Shown: positions 8,932 through 19,788, counted from the stretch's first letter. The stretch is DNA of 39,802 bases from an uncultured Candidatus Saccharibacteria bacterium (GCA_964636215.1 CAZWRJ010000006.1:1-39802); one strand, 5' to 3'. The notes: generated by a model not told the origin, from the letters alone. Numbers and translations are program-made.

Positions 8932-10710
8932 ATGACTAAGACAAGTTCAGTGACCCGAAGAACCATCGGTTTGTTCTGGCACCACGCTACAAGATATAAA
9001 AGGTTTTTGATACCTCTTTTGGTTCTGATACCTATAACCGTATTGGTTATGGATTTTTCAATACCATACATCATGTCTTTAGTGTTACAAAAAATAAGTA
9101 CTGGAAATTACAATCCAGAGGCTTTGTTAAATAGTTTTTGGCCATATATTTTGGCATACGGCGTGGCAATGTATGTCAGTGGCGTGGCTGGTTGGCGACT
9201 AATTATTTGGTTGATTTGGCATTTGGAGCTAAGGGTTGTCAGAGATATTGCCCAGAGAATTTTTGATCATTTAATGGAAATGAGTGCCGCTTTTCATGCT
9301 AATCGTTTTGCCGGATCTTTAGTTTCGCAGGCCAACAAATTAACCGGAGCTTATGTGCGTTTTGTGGACGCCACAGTATTCAACCTCTATACCTTGGTTA
9401 TTAGCATCATAGCCACTATGGTTATCCTGGCTCCAAGGGCTCCATTGTATGCGGTGGTACTCTTAGTTTTGTCCTTTGCCTACATTGTCGGCACCATTCA
9501 TTTTGCTAAACCAGTTAGAGATGCCAACACGCTTGAAGCCGAGGCCCAGAGTCATCAAACCGGCACCCTAGCCGACAGTATTACTAATATTATGGCGGCT
9601 AAAAGTTTTGCCGCTATTGAGTATGAAAAAGAGCGTTATTGGAAAGCTGCCAGTCACACCCGCAATACTGGTCTGAAATCGATGCGTACCACCATGGTAC
9701 GTGAGACTTATTCAAGTATTATAACCTCGACCATAGGTGTTAGCGCCCTGCTTATTGCCATATTAGGGGCAAAGGTTTTTAGCGCTAATATTGCTACATT
9801 ATTCCTAATCGTTAGTTATACATCGGCTATTGGTCATCGGCTCTGGGAATTTCAAAACGTCCTAAGACAATATAATCGGGCCCTGGGTGACGCCAGTGAT
9901 ATGGTTAAGATTCTAGCCATTGAACCAGATATTAAGGATCCAGTGAATCCTGAAAAGGTCAAAATTATCCGCGGCAGTATAACTATTAATAAAATGACTT
10001 TTACCCACGATGAGAATAAAGAAAATTTGTTCCATGAAATGAATTTACGCATTAAAGCCGGCGAGAAAATTGGCCTCGTTGGTCATTCTGGTTCAGGTAA
10101 AACTACTCTTACCCGTTTGCTGCTACGCTTTTCAGATATTGATAGTGGTGAAATATTAATTGATGGTCAGAATATTGCTGCTATAACCCAGTCTGATCTA
10201 CGCAGTCATATTGCTTACGTCCCCCAAGAACCACTGTTATTTCATCGAAGTCTATCTGAAAACATTGCCTACGGTCGACCTGGGGCTTCACAGCGAGAAA
10301 TTGAGGCTATTGCTAAGTTGGCTCATGCCAATGATTTCATTGAAGAGTTACCTACTGGTTACGATACATTGGTTGGTGAGCGCGGTGTTAAGTTGTCTGG
10401 CGGACAAAGGCAACGTGTGGCCATTGCTAGAGCCATGATAAAAAACGCGCCGATTTTGGTACTTGACGAGGCCACTAGTGCCTTGGACTCAGAGAGCGAA
10501 GCTCTGATTCAGGATGCTCTTTGGAAGCTAATGGAAGGCCGCACCGCAATCGTTATTGCCCATAGGCTTAGCACTATTCAGCGCATGGACCGGATTATTG
10601 TCCTGGAACAAGGTGAGATCGTAGAAGAAGGAACTCATAAGGAGCTGGTACGTCAAAATGGAGTTTACGCCGATCTTTGGAATCGCCAGTCGGGCGGATT
10701 CCTAGAGTAG
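8932..10710 (+). CDS. ABC exporter, fused permease and ATPase (MsbA/multidrug type)
   Basis: N-terminal TM domain, Walker A GHSGSGKT, signature LSGGQRQR, Walker B ILVLDEATSALD, IAHRLST. SD GGGAGG (8917-8922) favours ATG 8932 over GTG 8926. Confidence 0.93.
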   Translation: MTKTSSVTRRTIGLFWHHATRYKRFLIPLLVLIPITVLVMDFSIPYIMSLVLQKISTGNYNPEALLNSFWPYILAYGVAMYVSGVAGWRLIIWLIWHLELRVVRDIAQRIFDHLMEMSAAFHANRFAGSLVSQANKLTGAYVRFVDATVFNLYTLVISIIATMVILAPRAPLYAVVLLVLSFAYIVGTIHFAKPVRDANTLEAEAQSHQTGTLADSITNIMAAKSFAAIEYEKERYWKAASHTRNTGLKSMRTTMVRETYSSIITSTIGVSALLIAILGAKVFSANIATLFLIVSYTSAIGHRLWEFQNVLRQYNRALGDASDMVKILAIEPDIKDPVNPEKVKIIRGSITINKMTFTHDENKENLFHEMNLRIKAGEKIGLVGHSGSGKTTLTRLLLRFSDIDSGEILIDGQNIAAITQSDLRSHIAYVPQEPLLFHRSLSENIAYGRPGASQREIEAIAKLAHANDFIEELPTGYDTLVGERGVKLSGGQRQRVAIARAMIKNAPILVLDEATSALDSESEALIQDALWKLMEGRTAIVIAHRLSTIQRMDRIIVLEQGEIVEEGTHKELVRQNGVYADLWNRQSGGFLE

Positions 10711-10711
10711 A

Positions 10712-11425
10712 TTATTCTTCTTCGCTGGATTCAGTAGATTCAGCGGCTTCAGCATCAGCTTCGCCTTCAGTCTTCTCAGTAGTTTCGGTGGATTCATCAG
10801 CTTCGGCAGTTCGAGCAGCATCTTCGGCCAGGGCGGCGGCGGCGGCGTTGGCTTCAGCTTCTTGGTCTTTAGGTAATTCGACGATGGCAATTTGCTGATG
10901 AGGTTCGGTTAGAATAGTCACACCACTAGGCACGACTAGATCAGCGACTGTTAAGTGGTCACCAACTTCAGCCAGTTTACTAGGATCAACAACTAGTTCG
11001 TCGGGTAGATCCTTAGGTAGGGCTTTGACTTGGACGTGGTCCAGTTGTTTAAGTACCATTAGACTTAGTTTCTCGGCAGGTATCTCAACTTCGGCAAAAA
11101 GTACTGGTATTTCAGCTTCGACCGCTTCATCTTGCTTAATAGCCTGGAAAACAACGTGACGAAGATTGTGCTTAGTGGGTTCGAAATCAACATCTTTAAT
11201 TAAAGCTAGATGCTGTTTACTACCAACGCTGAGTTGTACGGGGTGGTGCTTCCCAGCGTGAGTATAAACTTTATTAACCTGAGTAGCGTCTCCCATCACA
11301 TGGATTGAGGGCTTACCATGATCATGAATAACGGCCGGTACTAGCCCTTCTTGACGCAGGCCGCTGAGGCCTTTACGCACTACAGTGCGCTCTTTGAGGT
11401 CTAGAGCAATAGTTTCATCTGACAC
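10712..11425 (-). CDS. rplY: 50S ribosomal protein L25 (Ctc/TL5 long form) with acidic tail
   Basis: LRQEGLVPAVIHDHG, LIKDVDFEP...HVVFQA, C-domain ALPKDLPDELVVD; SD AGGAG 7 nt before GTG; TGtTATAAT at 11454-11462. Confidence 0.93.
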   Translation of the reverse strand: MSDETIALDLKERTVVRKGLSGLRQEGLVPAVIHDHGKPSIHVMGDATQVNKVYTHAGKHHPVQLSVGSKQHLALIKDVDFEPTKHNLRHVVFQAIKQDEAVEAEIPVLFAEVEIPAEKLSLMVLKQLDHVQVKALPKDLPDELVVDPSKLAEVGDHLTVADLVVPSGVTILTEPHQQIAIVELPKDQEAEANAAAAALAEDAARTAEADESTETTEKTEGEADAEAAESTESSEEE

Positions 11426-11519
11426 TTAAATTCTCCTAAGCTTTCTGGATCGTATTATAACAGATGTGAGTGTGCTTGCCTAGTGTCAGACGATCACTAA
11501 ATCTGCTAACCTAAGTTCA

Positions 11520-12134
11520 ATGTTTGATGTCACCCACGTCATTGAAAGCGGCGGCCTGTTATTGATCGGATTTATTGTATTTGCTGAGAGCGGATTACTG
11601 ATTGGCTTTTTCTTACCTGGTGACTCGTTGTTGTTTACGGCTGGCTTTTTTGCTGCCCAAGGTAAATTAAATATCGCGTGGCTACTTTTGGTACTATTCA
11701 TAGCCGCTGTTGTCGGTTATGAGTTTGGCTATCATATTGGACACCGCTTTGGTAAGCGACTATTTAGCAAGCCTGATGGACGCATTTTTAGACAAGACTA
11801 CTTGGTGAGGTCAGAGTTGTTTTATGAAAAGCATGGTGGAAAAACAGTGATGTTATCTAGATTTGTGCCTATCGTTCGAACTTTTGCTCCAATTGTGGCG
11901 GGTGCTGGCAATATGTCAAAAAGCCGGTTTACGGTCTTCAATATTATTGGTGCTCTAGGCTGGACAATGAGTGTTACGATTCTGGGTTATTTTTTGGGTA
12001 GCCGTGTGCCTAATATTGAAAAGTATTTAGTGCCCGTTGTTCTAGCGGCAATGTTGATAAGTTTTGGCCCAACGCTTTATCATCTACTCAAAGACACTTC
12101 ACTTTTTCGTAGACTGAGGCGGTCTGGCCCTTGA
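11520..12134 (+). CDS. dedA: DedA family membrane protein
   Basis: FAESGLLIGFFLPGDSLLFTAG and SRFVPIVRTFAPIVAG motifs. Confidence 0.93.
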   Translation: MFDVTHVIESGGLLLIGFIVFAESGLLIGFFLPGDSLLFTAGFFAAQGKLNIAWLLLVLFIAAVVGYEFGYHIGHRFGKRLFSKPDGRIFRQDYLVRSELFYEKHGGKTVMLSRFVPIVRTFAPIVAGAGNMSKSRFTVFNIIGALGWTMSVTILGYFLGSRVPNIEKYLVPVVLAAMLISFGPTLYHLLKDTSLFRRLRRSGP

Positions 12135-12353
12135 AATAGGTGAAGCCTCATACATTATCCGTACAGTCAGTGAAGCAATTTTTGTTAGTACTTTGTCGTA
12201 ATCGGGTGCAAGTTGCCTAACAACTTCTGGGAAATTTTCTGACTCAGGATCAACATTTATTTCAGGATGTTCGTTTTGAATCTTTCTAACCGCCTCGTAT
12301 TCAACCACACCAAATAATCTCCACAGTTCTCGGATTTCGGCTTCGCCTGGCAT
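12099..12353 (-). CDS. Hypothetical protein (84 aa)
   Basis: ATG 2 nt after the uvrA stop, fills the gap, 3' end overlaps dedA convergently. Confidence 0.55.
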   Translation of the reverse strand: MPGEAEIRELWRLFGVVEYEAVRKIQNEHPEINVDPESENFPEVVRQLAPDYDKVLTKIASLTVRIMYEASPISRARPPQSTKK

Positions 12354-12355
12354 AG

Positions 12356-15169
12356 CTACTTTAAAATTCGGCTCAAGAACTGGCCAGTGTAAGATGACTT
12401 ATTCTTAGTCACTTGTTCAGGGGTGCCCTCAGCAATTATATAACCGCCCGCGTCGCCGCCTTCAGGACCCATATCAATCAACCAGTCGGCATTCTTAATG
12501 ACGTCAAGGTTGTGTTCGATAACTATCATGCTGTTGCCGGTATCAACTAGAGCATGGAGCACCCCAAGCAGCTTGCTGACATCGTCCATATGTAGACCCG
12601 TAGTCGGTTCATCGAGAATATACAGTGTCCGACCGGTTGGCCTGCGGGATAATTCAGTAGCTAGTTTGACTCTCTGGGCCTCGCCACCAGACAATGTGGT
12701 AGCTGGTTGACCCATGGTTATGTAGCCAAGACCAACATCCACCATAGTTTGTAGTTTTCTGGCAATGCTGGGAATATTTTCAAAAAATTCTAAGGCTTGC
12801 TCGCAGGTCATTTCTAAGATGTCACTAATAGTTTTGCCTTTATAGTGAATCTCTAGGGCCTCACGGTTATAGCGTTTGCCTTTACAAACTTCACAGGGCA
12901 CATAAACATCTGGTAAAAAGTGCATTTCGATTTTAATAATCCCATCTCCAGAACAGTTTTCACACCTGCCGCCTTTGACGTTAAAGCTAAATCGTCCCGG
13001 GGTGTAACCCCTGAGCTTGGCCTCCGGAACACTGGCAAATAGTTCTCTTATAGGCGTAAAAAGTCCAGTATAGGTTGCTGGGTTACTGCGTGGTGTACGG
13101 CCAATTGGCGACTGATCAATAACAATGGCTTTATCAAGTTCTTTTATACCCTCAATATCATCATGTGCTCCTGGTACTTCGTTAGCTCTCATAAGTTGAG
13201 CCGATAATTCTTTGGCTAAAATATCGTTAATCAAACTAGATTTTCCAGAACCGGAAACACCGCTGATAACCACCAATTTACCCAACGGAATATCAACATC
13301 GATTCTCTTCAGGTTGTTTTCGCGGGCCCCACGGATGGTCAATTTCTTGCCGTTGCCATCTCGGCGTTTAGGTGGCGTCACAATACTTTTGTCGCCCCTC
13401 AAATACTGTCCAGTGATGCTACCAGGGGTTTTAGCCACAGACTCAGGTTGGCCCGCGGCCACTACCTTGCCACCGTGAATACCAGCACCTGGACCAATGT
13501 CCACTAGATAATCGGCTGTCCGGATGGTTTCTTCGTCATGCTCAACCACTAACACGGTGTTACCTAGATCACGTAAATGTTTGAGGGTTTGTATGAGACG
13601 TGCGTTGTCCCGCTGATGAAGACCGATACTGGGTTCATCCAGTACATATAAAACGCCTTGTAGACCACTACCAATTTGAGTTGCCAGACGGATGCGCTGG
13701 GCTTCACCACCCGATAACGTGACCGCACTACGAGCAAGATTTAGATAATTTAGACCGACGTCATGCATAAATATCAAGCGGGCTTGAATTTCCTTGAGAA
13801 TTTGTTTGGCAATTTGTGATTCTTTGTCGTCAAGTTTCAAACCTTTAAAAAAGTTTAGAGCTGCATCAATTGATAATTCGCAAATATCCATAATAGACTG
13901 CTCAGCTACGGTGATAGCTAAGACCTCTGGCTTGAGGCGTCGACCCTTACACTCATGACAGGGTCGTTCGCGCATAAAACGTTCGATGTCACGGCGCATG
14001 AAATCACTTTCGGTTTCCTTATGACGACGTTCGAGATTAGGTATAACTCCTTCAAAAGTAGTTTCAAAAGTTCTTCCGATTCCAAGTGATACTCGGTAAA
14101 TCTCGCTTCCGGTTCCGTACAAGAGTCGTTTTAGATCCTCTGGTTTTAATTGGCGGGTTGGAACATGAAGGCTAAATTTATAGCGATCAGCCACAGCCTG
14201 CATTTTTTTGGTATACCAGGCGTCGGCGTTTATCCGGTTAAAGGGACGAATAGCACCTTCAGCAATGGTTAATCGACCGTTAGGAATTACTAATTCTGGA
14301 TCGACTTCCATGCGTGAGCCCAGCCCAGTACAAACCGGACAAGCACCGTGCGGACTATTAAAACTAAAGGTTCTTGGTTCCAGCTCAGGAATGGTAATAT
14401 CCGGATGATCAACACAGGCATATTTTAGTGAGTAACTATGCTCAGCTTGAGTGTCAGCATTAAAAACTATCAGTTTGCCTTCAGCCGCCTCTAAAGCTTG
14501 TTCTATAGATTGACTTAATCGTCCCTGACTAGCTTCATCGTTAACTAGTCGGTCAACAACAATTTCTATATTATGTTTATAGTTTTTATCAAGCTCAGGA
14601 AATTCATCTAAAGCATAGATAACTTTATCTACACGAACTCGAGCGTATCCGGCTCGGCCGAATTGATCAGGTATATGTTCAAAGGCTCCTTTCTTATCTA
14701 TAACTACTGGTGCTAAAACCATTAGTTTACTGCCGGGATCCTGGGCAGCCACTTGGTCGACAATGGCTTGAATGGTTTGACGTTTTACGGTTTTGGCACA
14801 AATTGGACAATGCGGAATACCGATCCTGGCAAACAACAGACGTAAGTAATCATAAATTTCAGTAACAGTAGCTACTGTGGAGCGAGGGTTACGACTAGTA
14901 GATTTTTGGTCAATGCTGATAGCCGGTGAAAGACCGTCGATTTGATCAACATCTGGTTTTTCCATAAGCCCCAAGAATTGTCTGGCATAGGCACTAAGAC
15001 TTTCCACGTAGCGACGTTGTCCTTCGGCATATATAGTGTCAAAAGCAAGAGACGACTTGCCAGAGCCAGATAAACCAGTTATGACCACTAATTTGCCACG
15101 AGGGATCACAAGATCAATATCTTTAAGGTTATGCTCGCGGGCACCTCTAATTGTTATATTCTCACTCAT
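12356..15169 (-). CDS. uvrA: Excinuclease ABC subunit A
   Basis: Two ABC ATPase modules ([26 protein letters not shown] twice) and CxxC zinc fingers. Confidence 0.98.
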   Translation of the reverse strand: MSENITIRGAREHNLKDIDLVIPRGKLVVITGLSGSGKSSLAFDTIYAEGQRRYVESLSAYARQFLGLMEKPDVDQIDGLSPAISIDQKSTSRNPRSTVATVTEIYDYLRLLFARIGIPHCPICAKTVKRQTIQAIVDQVAAQDPGSKLMVLAPVVIDKKGAFEHIPDQFGRAGYARVRVDKVIYALDEFPELDKNYKHNIEIVVDRLVNDEASQGRLSQSIEQALEAAEGKLIVFNADTQAEHSYSLKYACVDHPDITIPELEPRTFSFNSPHGACPVCTGLGSRMEVDPELVIPNGRLTIAEGAIRPFNRINADAWYTKKMQAVADRYKFSLHVPTRQLKPEDLKRLLYGTGSEIYRVSLGIGRTFETTFEGVIPNLERRHKETESDFMRRDIERFMRERPCHECKGRRLKPEVLAITVAEQSIMDICELSIDAALNFFKGLKLDDKESQIAKQILKEIQARLIFMHDVGLNYLNLARSAVTLSGGEAQRIRLATQIGSGLQGVLYVLDEPSIGLHQRDNARLIQTLKHLRDLGNTVLVVEHDEETIRTADYLVDIGPGAGIHGGKVVAAGQPESVAKTPGSITGQYLRGDKSIVTPPKRRDGNGKKLTIRGARENNLKRIDVDIPLGKLVVISGVSGSGKSSLINDILAKELSAQLMRANEVPGAHDDIEGIKELDKAIVIDQSPIGRTPRSNPATYTGLFTPIRELFASVPEAKLRGYTPGRFSFNVKGGRCENCSGDGIIKIEMHFLPDVYVPCEVCKGKRYNREALEIHYKGKTISDILEMTCEQALEFFENIPSIARKLQTMVDVGLGYITMGQPATTLSGGEAQRVKLATELSRRPTGRTLYILDEPTTGLHMDDVSKLLGVLHALVDTGNSMIVIEHNLDVIKNADWLIDMGPEGGDAGGYIIAEGTPEQVTKNKSSYTGQFLSRILK

Positions 15170-15276
15170 AGTTGACGCAGTATTGTAGCAAAAAACAGGG
15201 GAATAATCCAGTCCCTAAGTAGCTGCTTTCTACTTAATGACTACCTTAAGTAGCTATAGCGGGCTATGATAGACAG

Positions 15277-15507
15277 ATGCAATCCGCAAAACATCTTGCA
15301 ACTGATGCTTTAGGCATTCTACTTTTAGTTATTGCTCTCCTGATCGGTTGGCTGCCAGGTCCAGGTGGTATACCTTTGACTATTGCTGGGCTAGCATTAC
15401 TTGCTGTCAACCACAACTGGGCCAGACGTTGGCTGGCGTTACTAGTAAAAAGTGGTGAGACTGCTTTGCAAAAAATACGTCGTTCTTCACCACCCGATAA
15501 AAAATAG
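15277..15507 (+). CDS. Small membrane protein, PGPGW-domain-like
   Basis: Hydrophobic hairpin with LPGPGGIPLTIAGLALLA...WARR; TATGAT 6 nt upstream. Confidence 0.7.
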   Translation: MQSAKHLATDALGILLLVIALLIGWLPGPGGIPLTIAGLALLAVNHNWARRWLALLVKSGETALQKIRRSSPPDKK

Positions 15508-15562
15508 ATATTTGACATATCTACAATTAAGTGTAAGATATATATAATTATCTGGGGCAACG

Positions 15563-15772
15563 ATGTTAGATTTTATTGTACTCGGCTTAGTACCGGGAAC
15601 CAGTCTTCAAATTACTTACGGCGAGGTGGCGCTGTTGTTTATAATTGGTCTAGCAATTATGGGTATCATTTATGAGCTCCGTAAAAACTACTCTAGTCTT
15701 AGAGCCTTAAACAAAAAAACAAACTTGTTTAGTCAGCGTCGTCAGGGATCACACTCTCTCCGTACAGCTTGA
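15563..15772 (+). CDS. Small hypothetical membrane protein
   Basis: MLDFIVLGLVPGTSLQITY, one TM helix and a basic tail; TTGACA upstream at 15512-15517. Confidence 0.6.
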   Translation: MLDFIVLGLVPGTSLQITYGEVALLFIIGLAIMGIIYELRKNYSSLRALNKKTNLFSQRRQGSHSLRTA

Positions 15773-17180
15773 GTTCTTCCAACAGATAGAGTTTTGATTT
15801 ATCTTTGGCAAATTGCTTAGTTAGTTCCTCGAGTCGTTTAAAGTATGTTGCTAAGAGGCTATTCTGTTTCCCTCCAAGTAATCGGCGATTTAAGAATCGC
15901 TGCCACTGCAGGCGTTCGTCATCAGTTAGCAGCTTGGGATAATTGCGGGCTTTATATAAAGGCAGTAGACCTTTTAGACGATCGTCGCTAAAAGTTGGTT
16001 GAAGCTGTGGTAGTTCTTCAGGTGAGACACTACGTACTTCTGACATTTTAGTCTTGTCTTGGGTAGTAATAAAACCTTCGTACAAGCGGTCATCGACAGT
16101 TTGTTCGTTAGTAAGTAGTTCGGTTTGTTGGCGTTTGTCGAGTAGTTCAAGAGCTTTTAGAAGATTGGCCGAAAAATTAGCAATATCTGTTTTTAAGTTT
16201 TTTAGATTTTCCTCGACAATTTTTAGAGGCAAATGTAGCCTTTTTTCACTGTCCTTGTCGAATACTGACAAAGGGGCAACTGCTGGACAACGATTAAACT
16301 GCAGGGTCTTGACCGGCAGCCTGGGGTGAGGACAAGGACGCTCATGGCAGTAATGCTTCCACATTTCAGCTAGCTCGTCTGGTTTAAGACTGAAGAATGG
16401 CCCTGGATCATAATGCAGGTCATAGACTAAGGCGCCATTTTTATTGGGATGGTCGACCAAACGACTGACTATAGTTGTTTTTTCGAATTCACTTGAGTAT
16501 TTACCACTAGTATAAACAAATGGCTTACCTGATTGAACTAGAGCAGCCACTTTTTGTTTATCCCTATGTTCGAGCATAAATTCGAATAATTTTGGTTGTT
16601 TAAGTTTTAAAAGTTGAGCCAAATGCAGGCTGGCCATGACGTCGCTCAGCGCGTCGTGAGCATTGTCGTGCGGTAGGTTATTGATTGACGACAACAAGGT
16701 CAATTGATTACTGGCTTGGCCTTTACTATCCATGGGCCACTTGATCCCCTCCGGCCTTAGAGCCCTGGTCATTCGCACCACATCAAGCAGATCCCAACGC
16801 GATTTACCGTCAGCCCAGTGCCACTCATAAGCATCGTAAAAATTACGGTAATTAAGAAATCTGATGAATTCGTCGTCGAAACGAATGTTGTTAAAACCTA
16901 CAAAAATAGTGTCCGGGATGGCAATTTCTTCATAAAATAATTCCAGAAAATCCTTTTCGCTTAGGCCTTCCGAAATTGTCTGTTGAGGAGTTATGCCAGT
17001 CACTAAAATGGCATCTGGGCTAGGTACAACATCGGGAGTGAGTTTAATAAAATGGCGGTAGGCTTTGCCGATTGGTTTAAGCTCAAGGTCTGTCCTTTGG
17101 CCACCAAACTGCATTATTCGATCGCTTCTGGGATTAAACCCAGAGGTCTCAAGATCGTAAAAGAAAAGTGTCTGGCTCAT
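15729..17180 (-). CDS. sbcB: Exodeoxyribonuclease I
   Basis: DEDDh motifs FYDLETSG, GFNNIRFDDEF, AHDALSDV; NRCPAVAP; LYKARNYP. Start taken at MSQTLFF, 1 nt after the obgE stop. Confidence 0.93.
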   Translation of the reverse strand: MSQTLFFYDLETSGFNPRSDRIMQFGGQRTDLELKPIGKAYRHFIKLTPDVVPSPDAILVTGITPQQTISEGLSEKDFLELFYEEIAIPDTIFVGFNNIRFDDEFIRFLNYRNFYDAYEWHWADGKSRWDLLDVVRMTRALRPEGIKWPMDSKGQASNQLTLLSSINNLPHDNAHDALSDVMASLHLAQLLKLKQPKLFEFMLEHRDKQKVAALVQSGKPFVYTSGKYSSEFEKTTIVSRLVDHPNKNGALVYDLHYDPGPFFSLKPDELAEMWKHYCHERPCPHPRLPVKTLQFNRCPAVAPLSVFDKDSEKRLHLPLKIVEENLKNLKTDIANFSANLLKALELLDKRQQTELLTNEQTVDDRLYEGFITTQDKTKMSEVRSVSPEELPQLQPTFSDDRLKGLLPLYKARNYPKLLTDDERLQWQRFLNRRLLGGKQNSLLATYFKRLEELTKQFAKDKSKLYLLEELKLYGESVIPDDAD

Positions 17181-17181
17181 T

Positions 17182-18453
17182 TTAGCTATACTCAAGATGC
17201 TGGGTACGGTCATTTCCTATCTGAATTTTGTCGCCAGACTTAACATTTTGTCGGGCCAGTTCGTGCATTATGCCCATTTTTTTCATAATGTCCCAGAGCC
17301 GCTCAGTAGCAAAGGAATTACTAAAATCGGTTCGAGCGGCAAATTGCTCAATTTTGACGCCAGTAACTTTAAAGAGTTTACCGTCCCTGATCACTCGCCA
17401 ACCGCTATCATCACTTAGGCGGATTACTGGCTTGGCAGGCTTTTGTTTCTTTTTGTAGACTCTCTCAGAATTACTAACCAGTTCTTGTATAGCCTTCAGA
17501 AGAAGCGGTAGATTCTGGCCGCTAACGGCCGATATTGCCATAGGCTTACTTCTAGCTGGCAGAGCGATTTTTAGCTCGCGAAGTCGATCTTTTACTAATA
17601 CCTCGTCCAGGCCGTCTATTTTTGTTAGCACGATTAGTTGTGGTCGCTTGCTAAGGTTTAGTTTGTATTTCTTTAATTCGTCCTGGACTGTCTGGTAAGC
17701 TACTGCCAAATCATCTTGATAGGCATCGATTAAGTGTACGAGTACCTTGGTGCGTTCAATATGACGTAGGAATTCATCACCCAGACCTTTGCCTTGGCTA
17801 GCACCAGCAATTAGCCCTGGGATGTCAGCAAACAATAGCTCTTGCTCACCAGTTTTAACCATTCCCAGATTAGGTATTAATGTAGTAAATGGATAGTTAG
17901 CAATGGTTGGGCGAGCATTACTAATAGCGCCCAGAAGAGTGGATTTCCCGGCGTTAGGAAGACCAATAAGGCCAACATCAGCAATCATTTTAAGCTCTAG
18001 ACTTAGATCAAACTCTTGTCCGGGTTCACCTTTTTCAGCCATTCTTGGTGCTTGTCTAGTACTACTAACAAAGTGCGCGTTTCCAAAGCCACCCTTGCCA
18101 CCATTAGCTATTATTACCTCCTGACCATCTGACACAAGATCAGCCACCAATTGATTCTGGCTGTCACTTATGGCTGTACCAACTGGCAAGGCAACGATCA
18201 GGTCTTTACCGTTCTTACCATGTTGACGCCTCTTACCGCCTGGCTGGCCAGAAGCAGCTTTTAACTCCTTTTGAAAGCGAAACTTAGCCAAGGTATTTTG
18301 GTTATTACTGGCCACAAAAATAACGTTGCCACCATGCCCACCGTCGCCGCCATCTGGACCACCCTTATCTACAAATTTTTCACGTCTAAAACTAAGATGG
18401 CCGTCGCCGCCGCGGCCGGCTATAACTTTTACCTGGGCTTTATCCACAAACAT
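17182..18453 (-). CDS. obgE: GTPase ObgE/CgtA with C-terminal OCT domain
   Basis: MFVD...GGPDGGDGG Gly-rich domain, GLPNAGKST, YPFTT, DIPG, TKID. Confidence 0.97.
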   Translation of the reverse strand: MFVDKAQVKVIAGRGGDGHLSFRREKFVDKGGPDGGDGGHGGNVIFVASNNQNTLAKFRFQKELKAASGQPGGKRRQHGKNGKDLIVALPVGTAISDSQNQLVADLVSDGQEVIIANGGKGGFGNAHFVSSTRQAPRMAEKGEPGQEFDLSLELKMIADVGLIGLPNAGKSTLLGAISNARPTIANYPFTTLIPNLGMVKTGEQELLFADIPGLIAGASQGKGLGDEFLRHIERTKVLVHLIDAYQDDLAVAYQTVQDELKKYKLNLSKRPQLIVLTKIDGLDEVLVKDRLRELKIALPARSKPMAISAVSGQNLPLLLKAIQELVSNSERVYKKKQKPAKPVIRLSDDSGWRVIRDGKLFKVTGVKIEQFAARTDFSNSFATERLWDIMKKMGIMHELARQNVKSGDKIQIGNDRTQHLEYS

Positions 18454-18504
18454 ATGTAGTAGCGTAGCTGTTTTAAGAGTACAGTTCCAGTCTTTAGTTG
18501 AATA

Positions 18505-19608
18505 TTAGTAGATAAAACGCAAACTGCCGACGCTATTGTAAAACTTGTAATCAATGTGGTTCCAACCACCGGCTGGTGTTGGATCGTTGATGCTTACTTG
18601 ACCACTTGAGTTCATTTCCGAAACCCAGAAACTGCCGTCAGCCTTAACTACTTCAACTACTGATACATGGTCACCGGCGGTATTAACTGCCACTGCGCCA
18701 ACTCGTGGTTCACTACCAGTTGGAAGGCCTTGGGCCTGAGCTATGTAAAGCCAGCTATAGGCGTCACCTAGGTTGGCTGGAACTGGTCTACCAATTTGCT
18801 GACGTCGATTAGCAACATACCAGGTACAGAAGCCATAGTCATAACCATTAAATCCATACTTGGCAGTGCTGGCAAAGGCATTGTAACTGAAAACTGGCAC
18901 TGGTAAGCTACCGTTTGGTATAAAAATCTGTTCCCCAGGCCGCAGCCCACCGACTTCGGCATCATTAAAGGTGATGATCAGCTCTTTATCAGCGTTATAT
19001 TTTTGGGCTAAGCTGCTCGGCGTATCACCAGACTGGACGGTGTAAACAATGCCGTTTTGACCAGCTGGCGGTAAATATAGAGTTTTGCCAGGCAGTAGTA
19101 GATCTCCGGTTAGACCGTTACTCCAGCGAACACTATTGGAACTAACTCCAAATTTTTGGGCTATTGAAGCCACTGTGTCGCCCGACTTAGTAATATAAGA
19201 TCTTATATCCAAGCGTGAAGGCAAAGCCACACCAATTAATAGCGGTTTAGCAATAACTGTTTCGTTAACGGTGTTGGAGTTCACTTGGGCATCAACCGAG
19301 TCAGCGTGGTTAGTTATAGAGACAGCTTCTTCGAGGCTAGCTATGCGCGCTACATTAACGGCAATATCGGCCGATGATAGTTGATCAATTGGCCCACTGG
19401 CAACATCGGCATTATCGGAAGCACTCAGATGAGTAAAGCGACTGGCTGGTGCCTTAACGACAAAACCAACAACCATTATTAATAGAATCAGATTTGCAGC
19501 CAATAGACCGACCCGCACAAAACGCTTGTGCGATCTGAAAAACAGGCGGCGAACCCGGCTGCGACGAATTTTCTTGAGCTGGCGTGCGCTTGGCAATCGT
19601 TGGCTCAA
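18505..19608 (-). CDS. Membrane-anchored LysM-LysM-CHAP peptidoglycan hydrolase
   Basis: Basic N-terminus and TM, two LysM repeats (YITKSGDTVASIAQKFGV, YTVQSGDTPSSLAQKY), CHAP motifs GFCTWYV, DHVSVVE, SEMN. Start uncertain: TTG 19608 or ATT 19629. Confidence 0.9.
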   Translation of the reverse strand: MSQRLPSARQLKKIRRSRVRRLFFRSHKRFVRVGLLAANLILLIMVVGFVVKAPASRFTHLSASDNADVASGPIDQLSSADIAVNVARIASLEEAVSITNHADSVDAQVNSNTVNETVIAKPLLIGVALPSRLDIRSYITKSGDTVASIAQKFGVSSNSVRWSNGLTGDLLLPGKTLYLPPAGQNGIVYTVQSGDTPSSLAQKYNADKELIITFNDAEVGGLRPGEQIFIPNGSLPVPVFSYNAFASTAKYGFNGYDYGFCTWYVANRRQQIGRPVPANLGDAYSWLYIAQAQGLPTGSEPRVGAVAVNTAGDHVSVVEVVKADGSFWVSEMNSSGQVSINDPTPAGGWNHIDYKFYNSVGSLRFIY

Positions 19609-19629
19609 AATATTTGAATAGCTACGAAT

Positions 19630-19782
19630 AGATGCTCCTGTCCGTCTAAAACGGACAACTCTACCACTGTTTATTAAGGATGATGTCTGTCCTTTTAAGG
19701 GGCAGACATGTATTAACAGTAACAGAGGTAACTTCTTTGATCAAAACAGACCTACCTCTGTTGTATGATCTAATCAGTTACG
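19630..19782 (-). promoter_or_regulatory. Structured 5' leader (candidate cis-regulatory RNA) of the LysM/CHAP gene
   Basis: Inverted repeats 19721-19730/19753-19762, 19666-19671/19715-19720 enclosing 19683-19689/19703-19709, and 19639-19645/19651-19657 abutting AGGAG. Confidence 0.5.
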
Positions 19783-19788
19783 GGCCTG

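Noticed and set aside
10712-10870. Low-complexity GC-rich repeats at the end of rplY
   Set aside because: They encode the ordinary Ala/Glu-rich tail of long-form L25.
11520-15772. DedA and the small membrane ORFs as the missing Fo a or c subunits
   Set aside because: DedA is a clear family member, and the 76 aa and 69 aa proteins lack the c-subunit hairpin with its RQP loop and carboxylate in helix 2.
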